This document shows, one piece after another, positions 9,373 through 18,842 of a stretch of 64,000 nt of DNA. The position numbers were made by a program, and so were the translations under genes. The DNA is from a virus (taxonomy: Duplodnaviria; Heunggongvirae; Uroviricota; Caudoviricetes; Crassvirales), in the IMG/VR virus record IMGVR_UViG_3300042691_023995, positions 1-64,000 of that record. One strand, given 5' to 3'. Numbering within the stretch: the first letter of the stretch is position 1; each line of letters starts with the position of its first letter. The notes under the pieces are model-generated. The model did not search any database. It was not told where the DNA came from and saw only the letters and a list, made by a program, of their open reading frames with translations.

Positions 9373-9395
9373 AACCAAATTAAAATAAACTACAT
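9373..9395 (+). promoter_or_regulatory. conserved late leader motif, copy 1 (aaaccaaattaaaataaactacat, then ATGG)
   Basis: An almost identical 23-26 nt element recurs immediately upstream of ATG 12458. Confidence 0.4.
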
Positions 9396-10682
9396 ATGGC
9401 TGAGAACCTTGATAGTCCGTCATTCGGCAACTTTAGTATTGAAAATACTATGGAAATGGGACCTGGGGGAGCAGAATTGTTAAACGATCTGTTGTCTCCT
9501 GAGACTTCTACAAGCAACCCTGATGGTATTCAGGAGATTGTAAAGAATGTAGAAGATCCTGCCCCTGCTCCAAAACCTGATGTTCCTAAGGGAAAAGAAA
9601 TTGTCCCTAAAGAAGATGGTAAAGAACCTACAGGTCAAGACCTCATCTCAAGCTTCCTTGGTGATAACACTGATGAAGAAGAGGCTGAGGATACACAACC
9701 CACTGACAATCAACCAGTTAAAAAGAAAGCACCTGAAGCAAAACCTGCTGAAGCTGCTCCTGCTGATGAAGAAGAGAGCGAAGAGGGTGATGAGCAAGTG
9801 AGTCAATTTACAGCTCTTTCCCGTGATCTCTTTAAACTTGGTGTCTTTTCAAAAGATGAAGAAGAGGAAGATGTAAACATCTCCACTCCTGAAGAATTCC
9901 TTGAGCGCTTCCAAAATGAGAAGAAGAAAGGAGCTGTTGAAATGGTACAAAACTTCATTGGTCAGTTTGGTGAAGACTATCAACAAGCATTCGACGCTAT
10001 ATTCGTAAAAGGTGTTAGTCCTAAAGAATACTTTGGTACCTACAATAATGTAGTGAGCTTTTCTGAAATGGATCTGTCACAAGAGAACAATCAAGTGGCA
10101 GTGATAAAGCAAGCATTAGCTGACCAAGGTTTTGAGCCTGAGGACATTAACACAGAAGTTGAAAGACTTAAAAACTATGGTGATCTTGAGAGCGTAGCTA
10201 CAAAGCACCATAAAGTGTTGGTTAAAAAGGAAGCCGCAAAGCTCTCACAAATGGAGCAAAAGGCTGAACAAGAACTCCAACAAAAACAGGCAATTAAAAA
10301 CCAATACATCCAAAACGTTCAACAAGTTTTACAAGATAAGTTGAAATCTAAGGAGTTTGATGGAATCCCCATCAATCCCAAGTTGGCTAACGAACTACAA
10401 GACTTCCTACTGGTAGATAAGTACAAAACTCAGTCTGGTGAAACCCTGACTGATTTTGACAAGACCATCTTGGAATTGAAGAGACCTGAGAACCATGCAA
10501 CAAAAGTGAAGGTTGCTCTCTTGCTCAAAATCCTAGAAAAAGATCCCACCCTATCTACCATCCAAAAAACAGGCGTTTCAAAGAAATCAAACGAACTGTT
10601 TGGGGAAGTGGCTAGACAAGTGACTCGCACTAAGACAGCAAGTAGCTCTCAGCCTTCTAAACAAAATTCATGGTTCATTTAA
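9396..10682 (+). CDS. putative scaffolding protein
   Basis: 428 aa with a highly acidic, Pro/Glu/Asp/Lys-rich N-terminal half and a coiled-coil C-terminal half. Located between the portal region and the major capsid gene. Confidence 0.5.
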   Translation: MAENLDSPSFGNFSIENTMEMGPGGAELLNDLLSPETSTSNPDGIQEIVKNVEDPAPAPKPDVPKGKEIVPKEDGKEPTGQDLISSFLGDNTDEEEAEDTQPTDNQPVKKKAPEAKPAEAAPADEEESEEGDEQVSQFTALSRDLFKLGVFSKDEEEEDVNISTPEEFLERFQNEKKKGAVEMVQNFIGQFGEDYQQAFDAIFVKGVSPKEYFGTYNNVVSFSEMDLSQENNQVAVIKQALADQGFEPEDINTEVERLKNYGDLESVATKHHKVLVKKEAAKLSQMEQKAEQELQQKQAIKNQYIQNVQQVLQDKLKSKEFDGIPINPKLANELQDFLLVDKYKTQSGETLTDFDKTILELKRPENHATKVKVALLLKILEKDPTLSTIQKTGVSKKSNELFGEVARQVTRTKTASSSQPSKQNSWFI

Positions 10683-10709
10683 ATTTTCATTAAATAAAAG
10701 GATAACAAA

Positions 10710-12263
10710 ATGGCAATTCAAACAATCCCAGGTCTAACTGGCTTCACGTATGCTCGTGTCGCATCTATGGACAAGCGTGCTGTGGGTAAGCTAACTGACG
10801 CTAACCACCTGGAGAGCTTTCACTCAACTGAGCCTGCTGATTACGATAAGAAAATCATCAGTCTCTATACACAGAGCTCTCTTTACAGCAATGACTTCCT
10901 AGACATGATCAACAAAAGCACGCCTTATTACATTGATAATAATAGCGATGCTTGGAAATGGCAAGTAGCTGTTCCCTACAAATTCCCTAAGATTATCGAC
11001 ATCCCTGCTTCAACTCTTGAGTTGAGCAAGCCTGGTATCGATGGTCAAGAGTTCCAATTGGTAATTGACACAAACGAGTTCTCTAAGAACGCAATCGTTT
11101 CTGTTGGTTCTCGCCAATATGGTCCTCGCTTTTACGTTATTAAGGATCCAGTTCCTTGGAACATGGGCTTCCTTTATAGCTTCACTTTGGTTACAGACAA
11201 TCCAACTGTAGACTTCGTTAGCCCTACCTTCTTGCAAGTGGGTATCGAACTTGAGTTGGTTGATGCTGCAATTGGTGAGTTCGATCAAGATTTGTTAGGT
11301 CTTCCTCGTTTGGGTGAGCAAATCACAATGTTTGAATCTTTGGGTTCTGCATATGGTTTTGAGCACAAAATCACTGAGTGGGCTGATGACAAAATGATGC
11401 GTGACTCTGCAGGACGTCCTTTGGATATCCTTGTTTATGCACCTCAGCGTCGTAACCAACTTCCTTTGACTCGTAACGATGTTAAATGGGAGCCATTCAT
11501 TGAGTTCTGGATGCGTAAGTCTATGCTTGAGTTGAAAGTTAAGCGTATGATTTGGTCTCGTCCTGGTACTGTTAAGACTAACGGTAGCAAGCAAGAACTT
11601 AAGCGTACATCTGCTGGTGTTTATCACAGAATGCGTAATAACGGTAACTTGGTTCAGTACAACCGTGGAGAATTCACTGCAAACTTGATTCGTTCAGTGT
11701 TTGGTGATTTGTTCTATCGTCGTGTGGATGTTAAGGACCGTCGTGTTAAAATGTATACTAATGAAGCAGGTTTTGACGTGTTCCAACAAGCTTTGAAGAC
11801 AGACGCTTTGAACAGTGGTTTGACATTCATGGCTGATAGCGGAAACCGTTACATGCAAGGAGAAGGTCAACACATCACTTACAACTTTGCATTCGATGCA
11901 ATGGTTACTCGTGAGACTGGTCGTGTTGAATTGATTCACTTGAAAGAACTTGACCTGCCTCAATCTAACCTTGAATTTGGTCAGAACAAGAAGTCAACTC
12001 CTGTATTCATGGTGTTCGACGTATCTCCAATGTCTGATGGTTCTTTGGTTAATAACATCCGTGAAGTTCGTATGAAGGGTGCACCTTCTATGACTTGGGG
12101 TTATATCGATGGAACTCGCCACCACTTGGGCTTTGCTAAGTCTCAGGGTATGAGCTCTGCGAACAAATTCCCAGGATATGAAATCTGGATGAAGGATCGT
12201 TGTGATGTATTCATTGAAGACTTGTCTCGTACAGTCTTGATTGAGGAAATCCCACAATTCTAA
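10710..12263 (+). CDS. major capsid protein (candidate)
   Basis: 517 aa gene directly after the scaffold, with an A-rich leader and a multi-hairpin terminator region directly after it. The order portal - X - scaffold - MCP is canonical. Confidence 0.6.
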   Translation: MAIQTIPGLTGFTYARVASMDKRAVGKLTDANHLESFHSTEPADYDKKIISLYTQSSLYSNDFLDMINKSTPYYIDNNSDAWKWQVAVPYKFPKIIDIPASTLELSKPGIDGQEFQLVIDTNEFSKNAIVSVGSRQYGPRFYVIKDPVPWNMGFLYSFTLVTDNPTVDFVSPTFLQVGIELELVDAAIGEFDQDLLGLPRLGEQITMFESLGSAYGFEHKITEWADDKMMRDSAGRPLDILVYAPQRRNQLPLTRNDVKWEPFIEFWMRKSMLELKVKRMIWSRPGTVKTNGSKQELKRTSAGVYHRMRNNGNLVQYNRGEFTANLIRSVFGDLFYRRVDVKDRRVKMYTNEAGFDVFQQALKTDALNSGLTFMADSGNRYMQGEGQHITYNFAFDAMVTRETGRVELIHLKELDLPQSNLEFGQNKKSTPVFMVFDVSPMSDGSLVNNIREVRMKGAPSMTWGYIDGTRHHLGFAKSQGMSSANKFPGYEIWMKDRCDVFIEDLSRTVLIEEIPQF

Positions 12264-12269
12264 GGCCCC

Positions 12270-12430
12270 CCTGTAATCTCAGAATTACAGGTCTGCTTCC
12301 TCTGGAAGCGTACATATACCGAGAAGAGAATGCCCCCCACACTCCCATGTGGGGGAGCTCTTCTCAAATTACAGAGTGTTTGGATTGGGGAGTCTCCCAG
12401 TCGCTGGCCCTTCGGTGGGAACCACTCTGC
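12270..12430 (+). terminator. GC-rich multi-hairpin element after the MCP gene (terminator cluster or structured RNA)
   Basis: Hairpins cctgtaat/attacagg (12270-12291), gcttcc/ggaagc (12295-12309) and a compound hairpin gagaagag...cccccaca-ctccca-tgtggggg...ctcttctc (12321-12365). An outer pairing cagagtg/cactctg encloses about 50 nt (12372-12429). Confidence 0.5.
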
Positions 12431-12435
12431 AAATA

Positions 12436-12457
12436 AAACCAAATAAATAAACTACAT
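12436..12457 (+). promoter_or_regulatory. conserved late leader motif, copy 2 (aaaaccaaataaataaactacat, then ATGG)
   Basis: Near-identical to the 9373-9395 element, directly abutting the start codon. Confidence 0.4.
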
Positions 12458-13426
12458 ATGGGTAAGTTAGGTAAAATCTCAACAATTAAGAAGGAGTATA
12501 ATAACTCACAACTTCAGACAATGCAAGGTGGTCTTGCACTTAAAGGCTTAACACGTATTCCTGGAACAGGGGTGTTTAAATATCCCTACAAGGAGCTGGA
12601 TGGTCAATACAGAACAGGACTTGATCCTAATGCTGCATACATCCGTAGAATCTCTGATCCTCTAGAAAGAGAGATGGAGATTGAACGTGTTACAAAACTT
12701 AAAGACAAGTTACAAGCTGCACTTGGTGATATTGACTTAGGTCCTCGTTCTAGTTTCTGGAACTATGGATTGTCTACATCTACACAAGATAGTTTGCATG
12801 TTCAGCCTGTGAAATTGCTGGATGGTGATAACTTCTTCGATCTTGCTATTCCTCTTCAGGAATTAGCTTTCTCTTGGTTACGTGTTCATCCAACAATTGC
12901 AAGCTCATATCAAGCTTGGGAACGTGGTGAATATGCTGCTGAAACTCAGTTCTATGTAGCTGATGATGAAATCGAGAATGCTGTACTCTTCAAGAAGAAG
13001 CAACTTATCAATAAAGCTATTGTTAAGTTTGACAGTATGACTCCTGAGAAGAAGAGAAAAGTGGCACGTTTGTTGGGACTACCTGTAACTGATGATACTA
13101 AAGAGGAAGCAGTTTACAACCTTGTAGACAACGTCCTTAAACAAACCGAGTTTAAAAACGGTAAGTATCAAGGTCTGAATCCTGTTGAAGTGTTCACACG
13201 CTTTGCAGACATGAAAGACAACTTACTCCATATTAAAGACTTAGTGAAACAAGCAATTGCTCACTCTGTTTATAGAGCTAAGCCAAATGGTAAAATCTAT
13301 GAAGGTGAGTTTGAAATAGCTAAGGACGAAGATGATTTAATTAAACAACTTGCAGATGATGACAACCAAGACTTGCTCTTGACCCTCGAAGGTAAGTTGA
13401 AAACTAAGAAATTAGCTGCAGTATGA
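12458..13426 (+). CDS. virion structural protein (322 aa), possible head decoration/auxiliary head protein
   Basis: Follows the MCP gene and shares its leader motif with the scaffold gene. No motif. Confidence 0.4.
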   Translation: MGKLGKISTIKKEYNNSQLQTMQGGLALKGLTRIPGTGVFKYPYKELDGQYRTGLDPNAAYIRRISDPLEREMEIERVTKLKDKLQAALGDIDLGPRSSFWNYGLSTSTQDSLHVQPVKLLDGDNFFDLAIPLQELAFSWLRVHPTIASSYQAWERGEYAAETQFYVADDEIENAVLFKKKQLINKAIVKFDSMTPEKKRKVARLLGLPVTDDTKEEAVYNLVDNVLKQTEFKNGKYQGLNPVEVFTRFADMKDNLLHIKDLVKQAIAHSVYRAKPNGKIYEGEFEIAKDEDDLIKQLADDDNQDLLLTLEGKLKTKKLAAV

Positions 13427-14154
13427 TACCAGTAGACAGTTTGTTGTACAAGATAGACCAAAAACTAAATAAACTGTCAACCAACATTCACCAGCAAATA
13501 AACTTAGAAGATAAGATATTGGCTTTGAATGAAGCCCAAATAAAGCTGATAAAACAAAAGGTTGATGGTTTTAGTGTAATAAGTGGAATGGGACTCGACG
13601 CTTTCAAGAAGCGTTATGAGGACCTCCAAAGCTTGGTCATAACCTACAACCACCAGCCCCTTAAGTTGAAGCTTAAGAACAAAGAACTAAATCAATGGTT
13701 TGCCAATATACACCTACTTGATCCCAAGTATATGTTCTACATAGATGCATATGTAATTGCGGACAAAGGAGTGTGTAAGGACAGAAAGATCTGGATTAAC
13801 AGAGACTTGGCTAAACATGGTGACCTTCAGTTCATTCTGAATAACGACCATTACAAACCAAGCTTTGAATACCAAGAGACTTTCAACTTCCTTTCGACAG
13901 ATGAAATAAGCATCTTTACTGATGGCACGTTCACACCAAAGCATATCTACATGTCATACATGAGATATCCTGTTTACATAGACAAAACTGGTTATGTAAG
14001 ATTTGATGGAACTGACTCAACAGATCAAGACTGCGAACTTGAACTCTATCTAGAGGATGAATTGGTAGACTTAACCGTACAAAACCTGGCTATGTACACA
14101 GAGAACGCTGCTGCTGTTCAGAGTGCACAGTTCAGGATACAGACAAACGAATAA
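13423..14154 (+). CDS. structural protein (243 aa)
   Basis: ATGA overlap with the upstream gene. No motif. Confidence 0.4.
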   Translation: MIPVDSLLYKIDQKLNKLSTNIHQQINLEDKILALNEAQIKLIKQKVDGFSVISGMGLDAFKKRYEDLQSLVITYNHQPLKLKLKNKELNQWFANIHLLDPKYMFYIDAYVIADKGVCKDRKIWINRDLAKHGDLQFILNNDHYKPSFEYQETFNFLSTDEISIFTDGTFTPKHIYMSYMRYPVYIDKTGYVRFDGTDSTDQDCELELYLEDELVDLTVQNLAMYTENAAAVQSAQFRIQTNE

Positions 14155-14182
14155 ATTTTTTAATCACCTAAAATAAAGCAAA

Positions 14183-15355
14183 ATGGCTGATTTTTCATTA
14201 ACTACGCTCTTCGTAGTACCAGTAGGGCAAACTGCGCTCCCTAGCTCTGGATCTACGCAAGACTTAACAGCAGGTCAGGTAGGTATCTACAAAGCTGACT
14301 ACACTGTTGCCAACGCTGGTAACATTGCTGCTGCTCCTTACTTTTATATTGCGCAGGGCCGTACTAACACTTATCTGCAAGGCTCTAAGCGTTCTGATAA
14401 GATTAAAGGATGTCCTTCAGGTGCTGGTTGCAATAGCAACGTAACTGAATGGTATAAAGTGAACGGTTGTCCTACACCATTGACTCAGATCACTGATGTA
14501 GTTAACTGGAACGTACAGTGTGGTGACATTGTTACCTTGACACTTCGTGCTCACTCTAGCTATTTGGATACTTTGTATTTCAACGGTTTCACTCGTTCAG
14601 TGACTGTAAATGCTCCTTGTTGCAACTGTGGTGATAACCCATGTGACACTGTAGACATTCCTGCATTCATTGATGATGTTATCTACCATTTGAATTTGCA
14701 AGCTCCAGGTAACAACCCTGATAACATCACTTTCTCTGACTTCTATCAGTTCCAGAGAATTGGTAATGACCAAAACGCTTTCTTGCGTATCACTGGTAAG
14801 CCTCTTACCAAATATGGTCAGCCTTGTGATGTTGCAGCGTTTCCTTTCGAGTATGACAGAATGTGGTTCCGTACATTCGTATTCAGTGGACCTGCTACAA
14901 CTGCTGACTTCATTGTAGCTGATCCTTGTAACGTTGTTGCTGATCCTGTAATTGTACAGCGTTCTTCTTACGCTACTGGTACTTCTGCAGAGATTGCACA
15001 ATTGGAGAAAAACTTCTACAGCTACCAAGCTGGTTACTTGAAGCATCTCTACAGAATGAATGGTTACAATGAGAACTTTGAAAGCTGGGTGAGTGATGGT
15101 ACAACTTATACCACCTACTACATCAAGTTTAATGAGTATAACAAGTCTGAATACAGCTGGGGTGACTATATCAAAGAAGACAGCACTGTAATTATTGCTG
15201 TTGAAAAAGATAGTCTTGCTGAAGCTGCTATTGAGGCTGTTCTTGTAGCTGGTCTTGGTGCAGTGGCTGATGAGAATGGAGTTTGTGTAACAACTACTTC
15301 TACCACAACCACAGTATGGCCTTCTACTTCTACTACTACAACCTTGATTCCGTAA
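14183..15355 (+). CDS. structural protein (390 aa) with a Cys-rich region and a C-terminal poly-Thr tail (TTTSTTTTVWPSTSTTTTLIP)
   Basis: Complete ORF. Cys cluster CCNCGDNPCDT. Thr-rich C-terminus at about 15288-15355. Confidence 0.45.
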   Translation: MADFSLTTLFVVPVGQTALPSSGSTQDLTAGQVGIYKADYTVANAGNIAAAPYFYIAQGRTNTYLQGSKRSDKIKGCPSGAGCNSNVTEWYKVNGCPTPLTQITDVVNWNVQCGDIVTLTLRAHSSYLDTLYFNGFTRSVTVNAPCCNCGDNPCDTVDIPAFIDDVIYHLNLQAPGNNPDNITFSDFYQFQRIGNDQNAFLRITGKPLTKYGQPCDVAAFPFEYDRMWFRTFVFSGPATTADFIVADPCNVVADPVIVQRSSYATGTSAEIAQLEKNFYSYQAGYLKHLYRMNGYNENFESWVSDGTTYTTYYIKFNEYNKSEYSWGDYIKEDSTVIIAVEKDSLAEAAIEAVLVAGLGAVADENGVCVTTTSTTTTVWPSTSTTTTLIP

Positions 15356-15387
15356 TAGTAGGATAGTAACCTAGATTATATTAACCT

Positions 15388-15437
15388 AAGCCAGAGGTGA
15401 GAGGATACAAACTCAGATCCTCTGGCTTATTTATTTA
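15388..15437 (+). terminator. rho-independent terminator candidate
   Basis: Perfect 10-bp inverted repeat aagccagagg / cctctggctt (15388-15397 / 15419-15428) followed by atttatttag. Confidence 0.5.
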
Positions 15438-15444
15438 GAACAAC

Positions 15445-16008
15445 ATGCCAGATTTAAAATTAGATATATTAGTAATCCCTACATATAATGTAACCACATT
15501 GGGGGTTGCTGATGCTTCTACCTACCCAACTAATCCACCTGTTGTTTCTGGTGCTACAATTGAGATTACTGTTCCTGGATTTGGTACATTCTTTAAACCG
15601 TTCAGTGTTAACGACTTTAATATATTCACTACATCAAACTTGGGTATAACACCTCCAGGGATAGATCAACCTCTTCCTGATGGTGTGTATCGTTTGAAAT
15701 ATTCTGTTGCTCCTGCGTATAAAAACTTTGTAGAAAAGTCAATTATGCGCATTGAACAGCTACAAGAAAAGTTTGATGGTGCGTTTATGAAGTTGGATAT
15801 GATGGAATGTGATAGAGCTATAAAAACACAAGCGTTTGTAGACCTGAACACCATAAACTTCTTCATCCAGGGAGCTCTAGCTGCTGCAAATAACTGTGCT
15901 GATGTTGAAGCAACAAAGATGTACAATCAGGCAGATATGATGCTGAATAACTTTATTAAAAACAATTGTGGCTGTTCTGGAAACAACTACGTCATAAACT
16001 TCTACTAA
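15445..16008 (+). CDS. structural protein (187 aa)
   Basis: Complete ORF with a C-terminal Cys pair NNCGCSGN. Confidence 0.4.
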   Translation: MPDLKLDILVIPTYNVTTLGVADASTYPTNPPVVSGATIEITVPGFGTFFKPFSVNDFNIFTTSNLGITPPGIDQPLPDGVYRLKYSVAPAYKNFVEKSIMRIEQLQEKFDGAFMKLDMMECDRAIKTQAFVDLNTINFFIQGALAAANNCADVEATKMYNQADMMLNNFIKNNCGCSGNNYVINFY

Positions 16009-16009
16009 T

Positions 16010-16162
16010 ATGGCAGTATGTAAAAAATGTGGAGCTAAGGTTGGATGTGGATGTCAATTGATTAACGGTCTTTGTGCAGCATGTAACAGTGCTGTAAAAC
16101 AAGGAAGAAAACTTATAGGAAATGTTATCACCCAGGCTTACAAGTTGTCCAGAATGCGCTAG
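16010..16162 (+). CDS. small Cys-rich zinc-ribbon ORF (about 50 aa, below the track cutoff)
   Basis: MAVCKKCGAKVGCGCQLINGLCAACNSAVKQGRKLIGNVITQAYKLSRMR, with CxxC...CGC...CxxC. Overlaps the start of track ORF 16122. Confidence 0.3.
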   Translation: MAVCKKCGAKVGCGCQLINGLCAACNSAVKQGRKLIGNVITQAYKLSRMR

Positions 16163-16388
16163 TATTCCTGCACTCATTGCTACAATAGATTGCAAGCTAG
16201 CTGAACTAGGAAACAACTTATACAATAATGTTGTATTTATGTTGAACCAGCCTGTACCTGGAGGTGTGATGCTGGCCCTCATAAACTACAGAAGAATACT
16301 TGCTTACAAGTATTGTAACCCCGATTATGCTGCTCCATATACAGTGAATATGATAGCTAGCAGAGTTAAACTTTTAAAATATAAATAA
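16122..16388 (+). CDS. small protein (88 aa)
   Basis: Complete ORF; true start uncertain. Cys-containing N-terminus CPECAS. Confidence 0.3.
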   Translation: MLSPRLTSCPECASIPALIATIDCKLAELGNNLYNNVVFMLNQPVPGGVMLALINYRRILAYKYCNPDYAAPYTVNMIASRVKLLKYK

Positions 16389-17516
16389 ATGTCTAACAAT
16401 TGTTCAAATTGCTATAATGGTTGTGCAGAAACCATATCTGATCAATGTGTAAGATATACGGGTGTTGATGTTCCCGTTTTGGGAATTCAAACAGGAGATT
16501 CTCTCTCGTATGTTGAACAAGCTTTGATTACGTTCCTAGTTTCTACACTAGATGGTACAGGAATAAAGCTTGTTATTGATCCTCAAATCATCTGTGAGAT
16601 TGTAAACAAAAACCTTATAGAATGTGAAGATCTCACTCTTCCAAATGTAATACAAGCACTAATCAAAGCTATCTGTGAGTTAGACGAAAGACTTACTTCT
16701 CTTGAACTTGATTTTGCTGCTTTAGAGGGACCATATGATGTAGATTGTCTTGAAGGTGTGAACAGTGGTTCTGGAACCCATGACATTCTTCAGGCAGCAA
16801 TCTATAAAATATGTGGACTGGAAATTGACCTTACAGCTCTTGCTATTGATGTAGATACAAACTACGTTAAGTTGTCTGAGCTTAATGCCTTGATTGCAGC
16901 CTATCTTGCTAGCGTAGGAACAAGCACCAAGTTCTACAATCGTATGGTTCCATACACTGTTGTAGAATTTTATGGTGATCCTGCTGGTAAGTTTGATGTA
17001 ACAGGTGCTGGTACTGGTGACTGGGAAAAAATCTATTTGTGTAATGGTAACAATGGCACTCCTGATAAAAGAGGACGTGTACCAGTTGGTGCTACAACAG
17101 GAATGGGTGGTGGAGCTTTGAATCCTGCAGTTGATCCTGCTGTTTCTGGCAACCCTGCTTACACTCTGTTAGGAACCGCTGGTTCTAACACAGTGACTCT
17201 TTCAGCTACACAGATTCCTGCTCACTCTCACAGTGCTACAAATACTGTCACTGTTACCAACCACACTCACAATACTGTCTTAGTTGGAACTCAGGTGGGA
17301 CTTACATCTACCACTCCTATTGCACAAACTGCTACATATGGAGGCAATACAAGTTATAGCTTGTCAGGTGCTGTAGGTACACCAAATATAGGCGTTACTA
17401 GTGAGAACAAAAGTGATGTAACAGTGGATACTGTGATTGGATCTACAGGAGGCGGATTAGCCCATACAAACTACCAGCCTGGTCTGGGATGTTATTACAT
17501 TATGTACATTCCTTAA
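16389..17516 (+). CDS. tail fibre / tail-collar domain protein (MdpB-like)
   Basis: The segment WEKIYLCNGNNGTPDKRGRVPVGA matches the phage tail collar signature (LCDG...PDLRGRFP). The C-terminal LAHTNYQPGLGCYYIMYIP resembles the NMQPYL...nyiI ending of this family. Confidence 0.65.
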   Translation: MSNNCSNCYNGCAETISDQCVRYTGVDVPVLGIQTGDSLSYVEQALITFLVSTLDGTGIKLVIDPQIICEIVNKNLIECEDLTLPNVIQALIKAICELDERLTSLELDFAALEGPYDVDCLEGVNSGSGTHDILQAAIYKICGLEIDLTALAIDVDTNYVKLSELNALIAAYLASVGTSTKFYNRMVPYTVVEFYGDPAGKFDVTGAGTGDWEKIYLCNGNNGTPDKRGRVPVGATTGMGGGALNPAVDPAVSGNPAYTLLGTAGSNTVTLSATQIPAHSHSATNTVTVTNHTHNTVLVGTQVGLTSTTPIAQTATYGGNTSYSLSGAVGTPNIGVTSENKSDVTVDTVIGSTGGGLAHTNYQPGLGCYYIMYIP

Positions 17517-17530
17517 ACTTCTTACGTAAA

Positions 17531-17815
17531 ATGATATTCCTTCCAGAAAATCCTTGCTGTAATCCTATACCAGTAACAAACACTATTCCTTGCCCTGGAT
17601 CAAATCCTTGTGCATCAAATATAGTGTCCTCTGATTATGTTGGGTATAGTGGTCCTAATCTTCCCTGTACAACTATCCAAACCTGCAACACACTCACAGT
17701 GTCTTTGCAGAAGTTGGATGAACAAATCTGCATTCTTAAAAGCACTGTATATTCTTTACAGCAGCAGATTAATGCAATTAATGCCACTACCACTACAACA
17801 ACTACACTTATTTAA
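17531..17815 (+). CDS. small Cys/Pro-rich structural protein ending in ATTTTTTTLI
   Basis: ATG 17531 lies after the upstream stop; the track ORF from 17489 overlaps the upstream gene. Poly-Thr C-terminus. Confidence 0.4.
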   Translation: MIFLPENPCCNPIPVTNTIPCPGSNPCASNIVSSDYVGYSGPNLPCTTIQTCNTLTVSLQKLDEQICILKSTVYSLQQQINAINATTTTTTTLI

Positions 17816-17826
17816 ATCAATAACCC

Positions 17827-18663
17827 ATGACGGTATTAATAACATTAACAATAGCTGGAACTGATACAGGACCATTTGATCTCTACTCAGATGTAGATGG
17901 TTATGTATCAGCGTTTGAGACAGGAGTGAGTAAAGCAGCCTTAGAAGCTGGCTATTCCTCAGCTCTTGTTCCAAATGGCACAACAGTGATCAGAGTGAAG
18001 TCTACAGGAATTTGTACAAATTATGTAGACATTACAGTGACCACAACCACTACAACCACAACCAGCAGTACCACAACTACAACCACCACTACAGCTTTTG
18101 TATGTGCTGATTGTAAAACTTGGAACTATGTATCTGGAAACATTCCATTAGGAGGAGACATCATTCACTACTACAGCTGCTATGATGGCACCCCTCAAAC
18201 CAGAGTGTTGAGCTTTGGTGATCCTGATGGAGACTTCTGTAACTGTAATAGCGTAGATGCTCCATACACAGAGAATGGCACTATAATTACAGAGGTGGGA
18301 GTGTGTACAACCACCACTACTACCACCCTATTTACAAACTTGGTATTTGACTTGACAACTGGTATAGGTGGGTATACAATCGGTGGAATAGATGTAAACT
18401 TTGTAACACCAACCCTCACTGGAGGTACAGATGTTCCATTCAGCACAGATACACACTCATATAACACAAGTCAAACAGGCCCAAGCGAAGAGTTGAATAT
18501 ATTTGTTTCATCGTTCACTCTGAACGGTTGTATCACTGTAACTGACAGCTCATCAACGAGTTATCAACAGAATGTAAGCTCGTCTGGGACATACACTTTC
18601 TCAGGACTAGTTATTGACAACATAACACCTGTCCTTGTAGTATGTGCAGATAACGTATGCTAA
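17827..18663 (+). CDS. structural protein (278 aa) with two poly-Thr linkers and an N-terminal domain shared with the 27373 gene
   Basis: TVTTTTTTTTSSTTTTTTTTAF (about 18036-18096) and CTTTTTTLF (about 18307-18330). N-terminal 70 aa homologous to the N-terminus of ORF 27373..28236. Confidence 0.5.
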   Translation: MTVLITLTIAGTDTGPFDLYSDVDGYVSAFETGVSKAALEAGYSSALVPNGTTVIRVKSTGICTNYVDITVTTTTTTTTSSTTTTTTTTAFVCADCKTWNYVSGNIPLGGDIIHYYSCYDGTPQTRVLSFGDPDGDFCNCNSVDAPYTENGTIITEVGVCTTTTTTTLFTNLVFDLTTGIGGYTIGGIDVNFVTPTLTGGTDVPFSTDTHSYNTSQTGPSEELNIFVSSFTLNGCITVTDSSSTSYQQNVSSSGTYTFSGLVIDNITPVLVVCADNVC

Positions 18664-18673
18664 CTGACTAAAA

Positions 18674-18740
18674 AAGCCTTGTTTGTTGGTTTTCAAGGCT
18701 TCTCCCTGGGGTTTCAACCCTGGGGAGTTTTTATTTTATA
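18674..18740 (+). terminator. terminator candidate (two hairpins plus T-run)
   Basis: aagcctt / aaggctt stem (18674-18701), then ccctgggg tttcaa ccctgggg, then agtttttatttt. Confidence 0.45.
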
Positions 18741-18842
18741 ACAAAGTTAGTTAGTACCAATAATGAACTTCGTTAAAATAATTTGGAAAATATCAAAAAA
18801 CTTTCGTACCTTTAGGCCAATTTTAATCAAACAAAACCGTAA

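Noticed and set aside
12270-12430. Structured element considered as a tRNA or group I intron
   Set aside because: It is too short for an intron. No TpsiC-like loop or anticodon-stem arrangement is present. It was reported only as a terminator cluster or possible structured RNA.
17489-18663. Possible programmed frameshift fusing the poly-Thr-ending ORF 17531..17815 to ORF 17827..18663
   Set aside because: The downstream frame has an in-frame taa (about 17821-17823) immediately before ATG 17827, and the 11-nt gap lacks a slippery heptamer. They were treated as separate genes.
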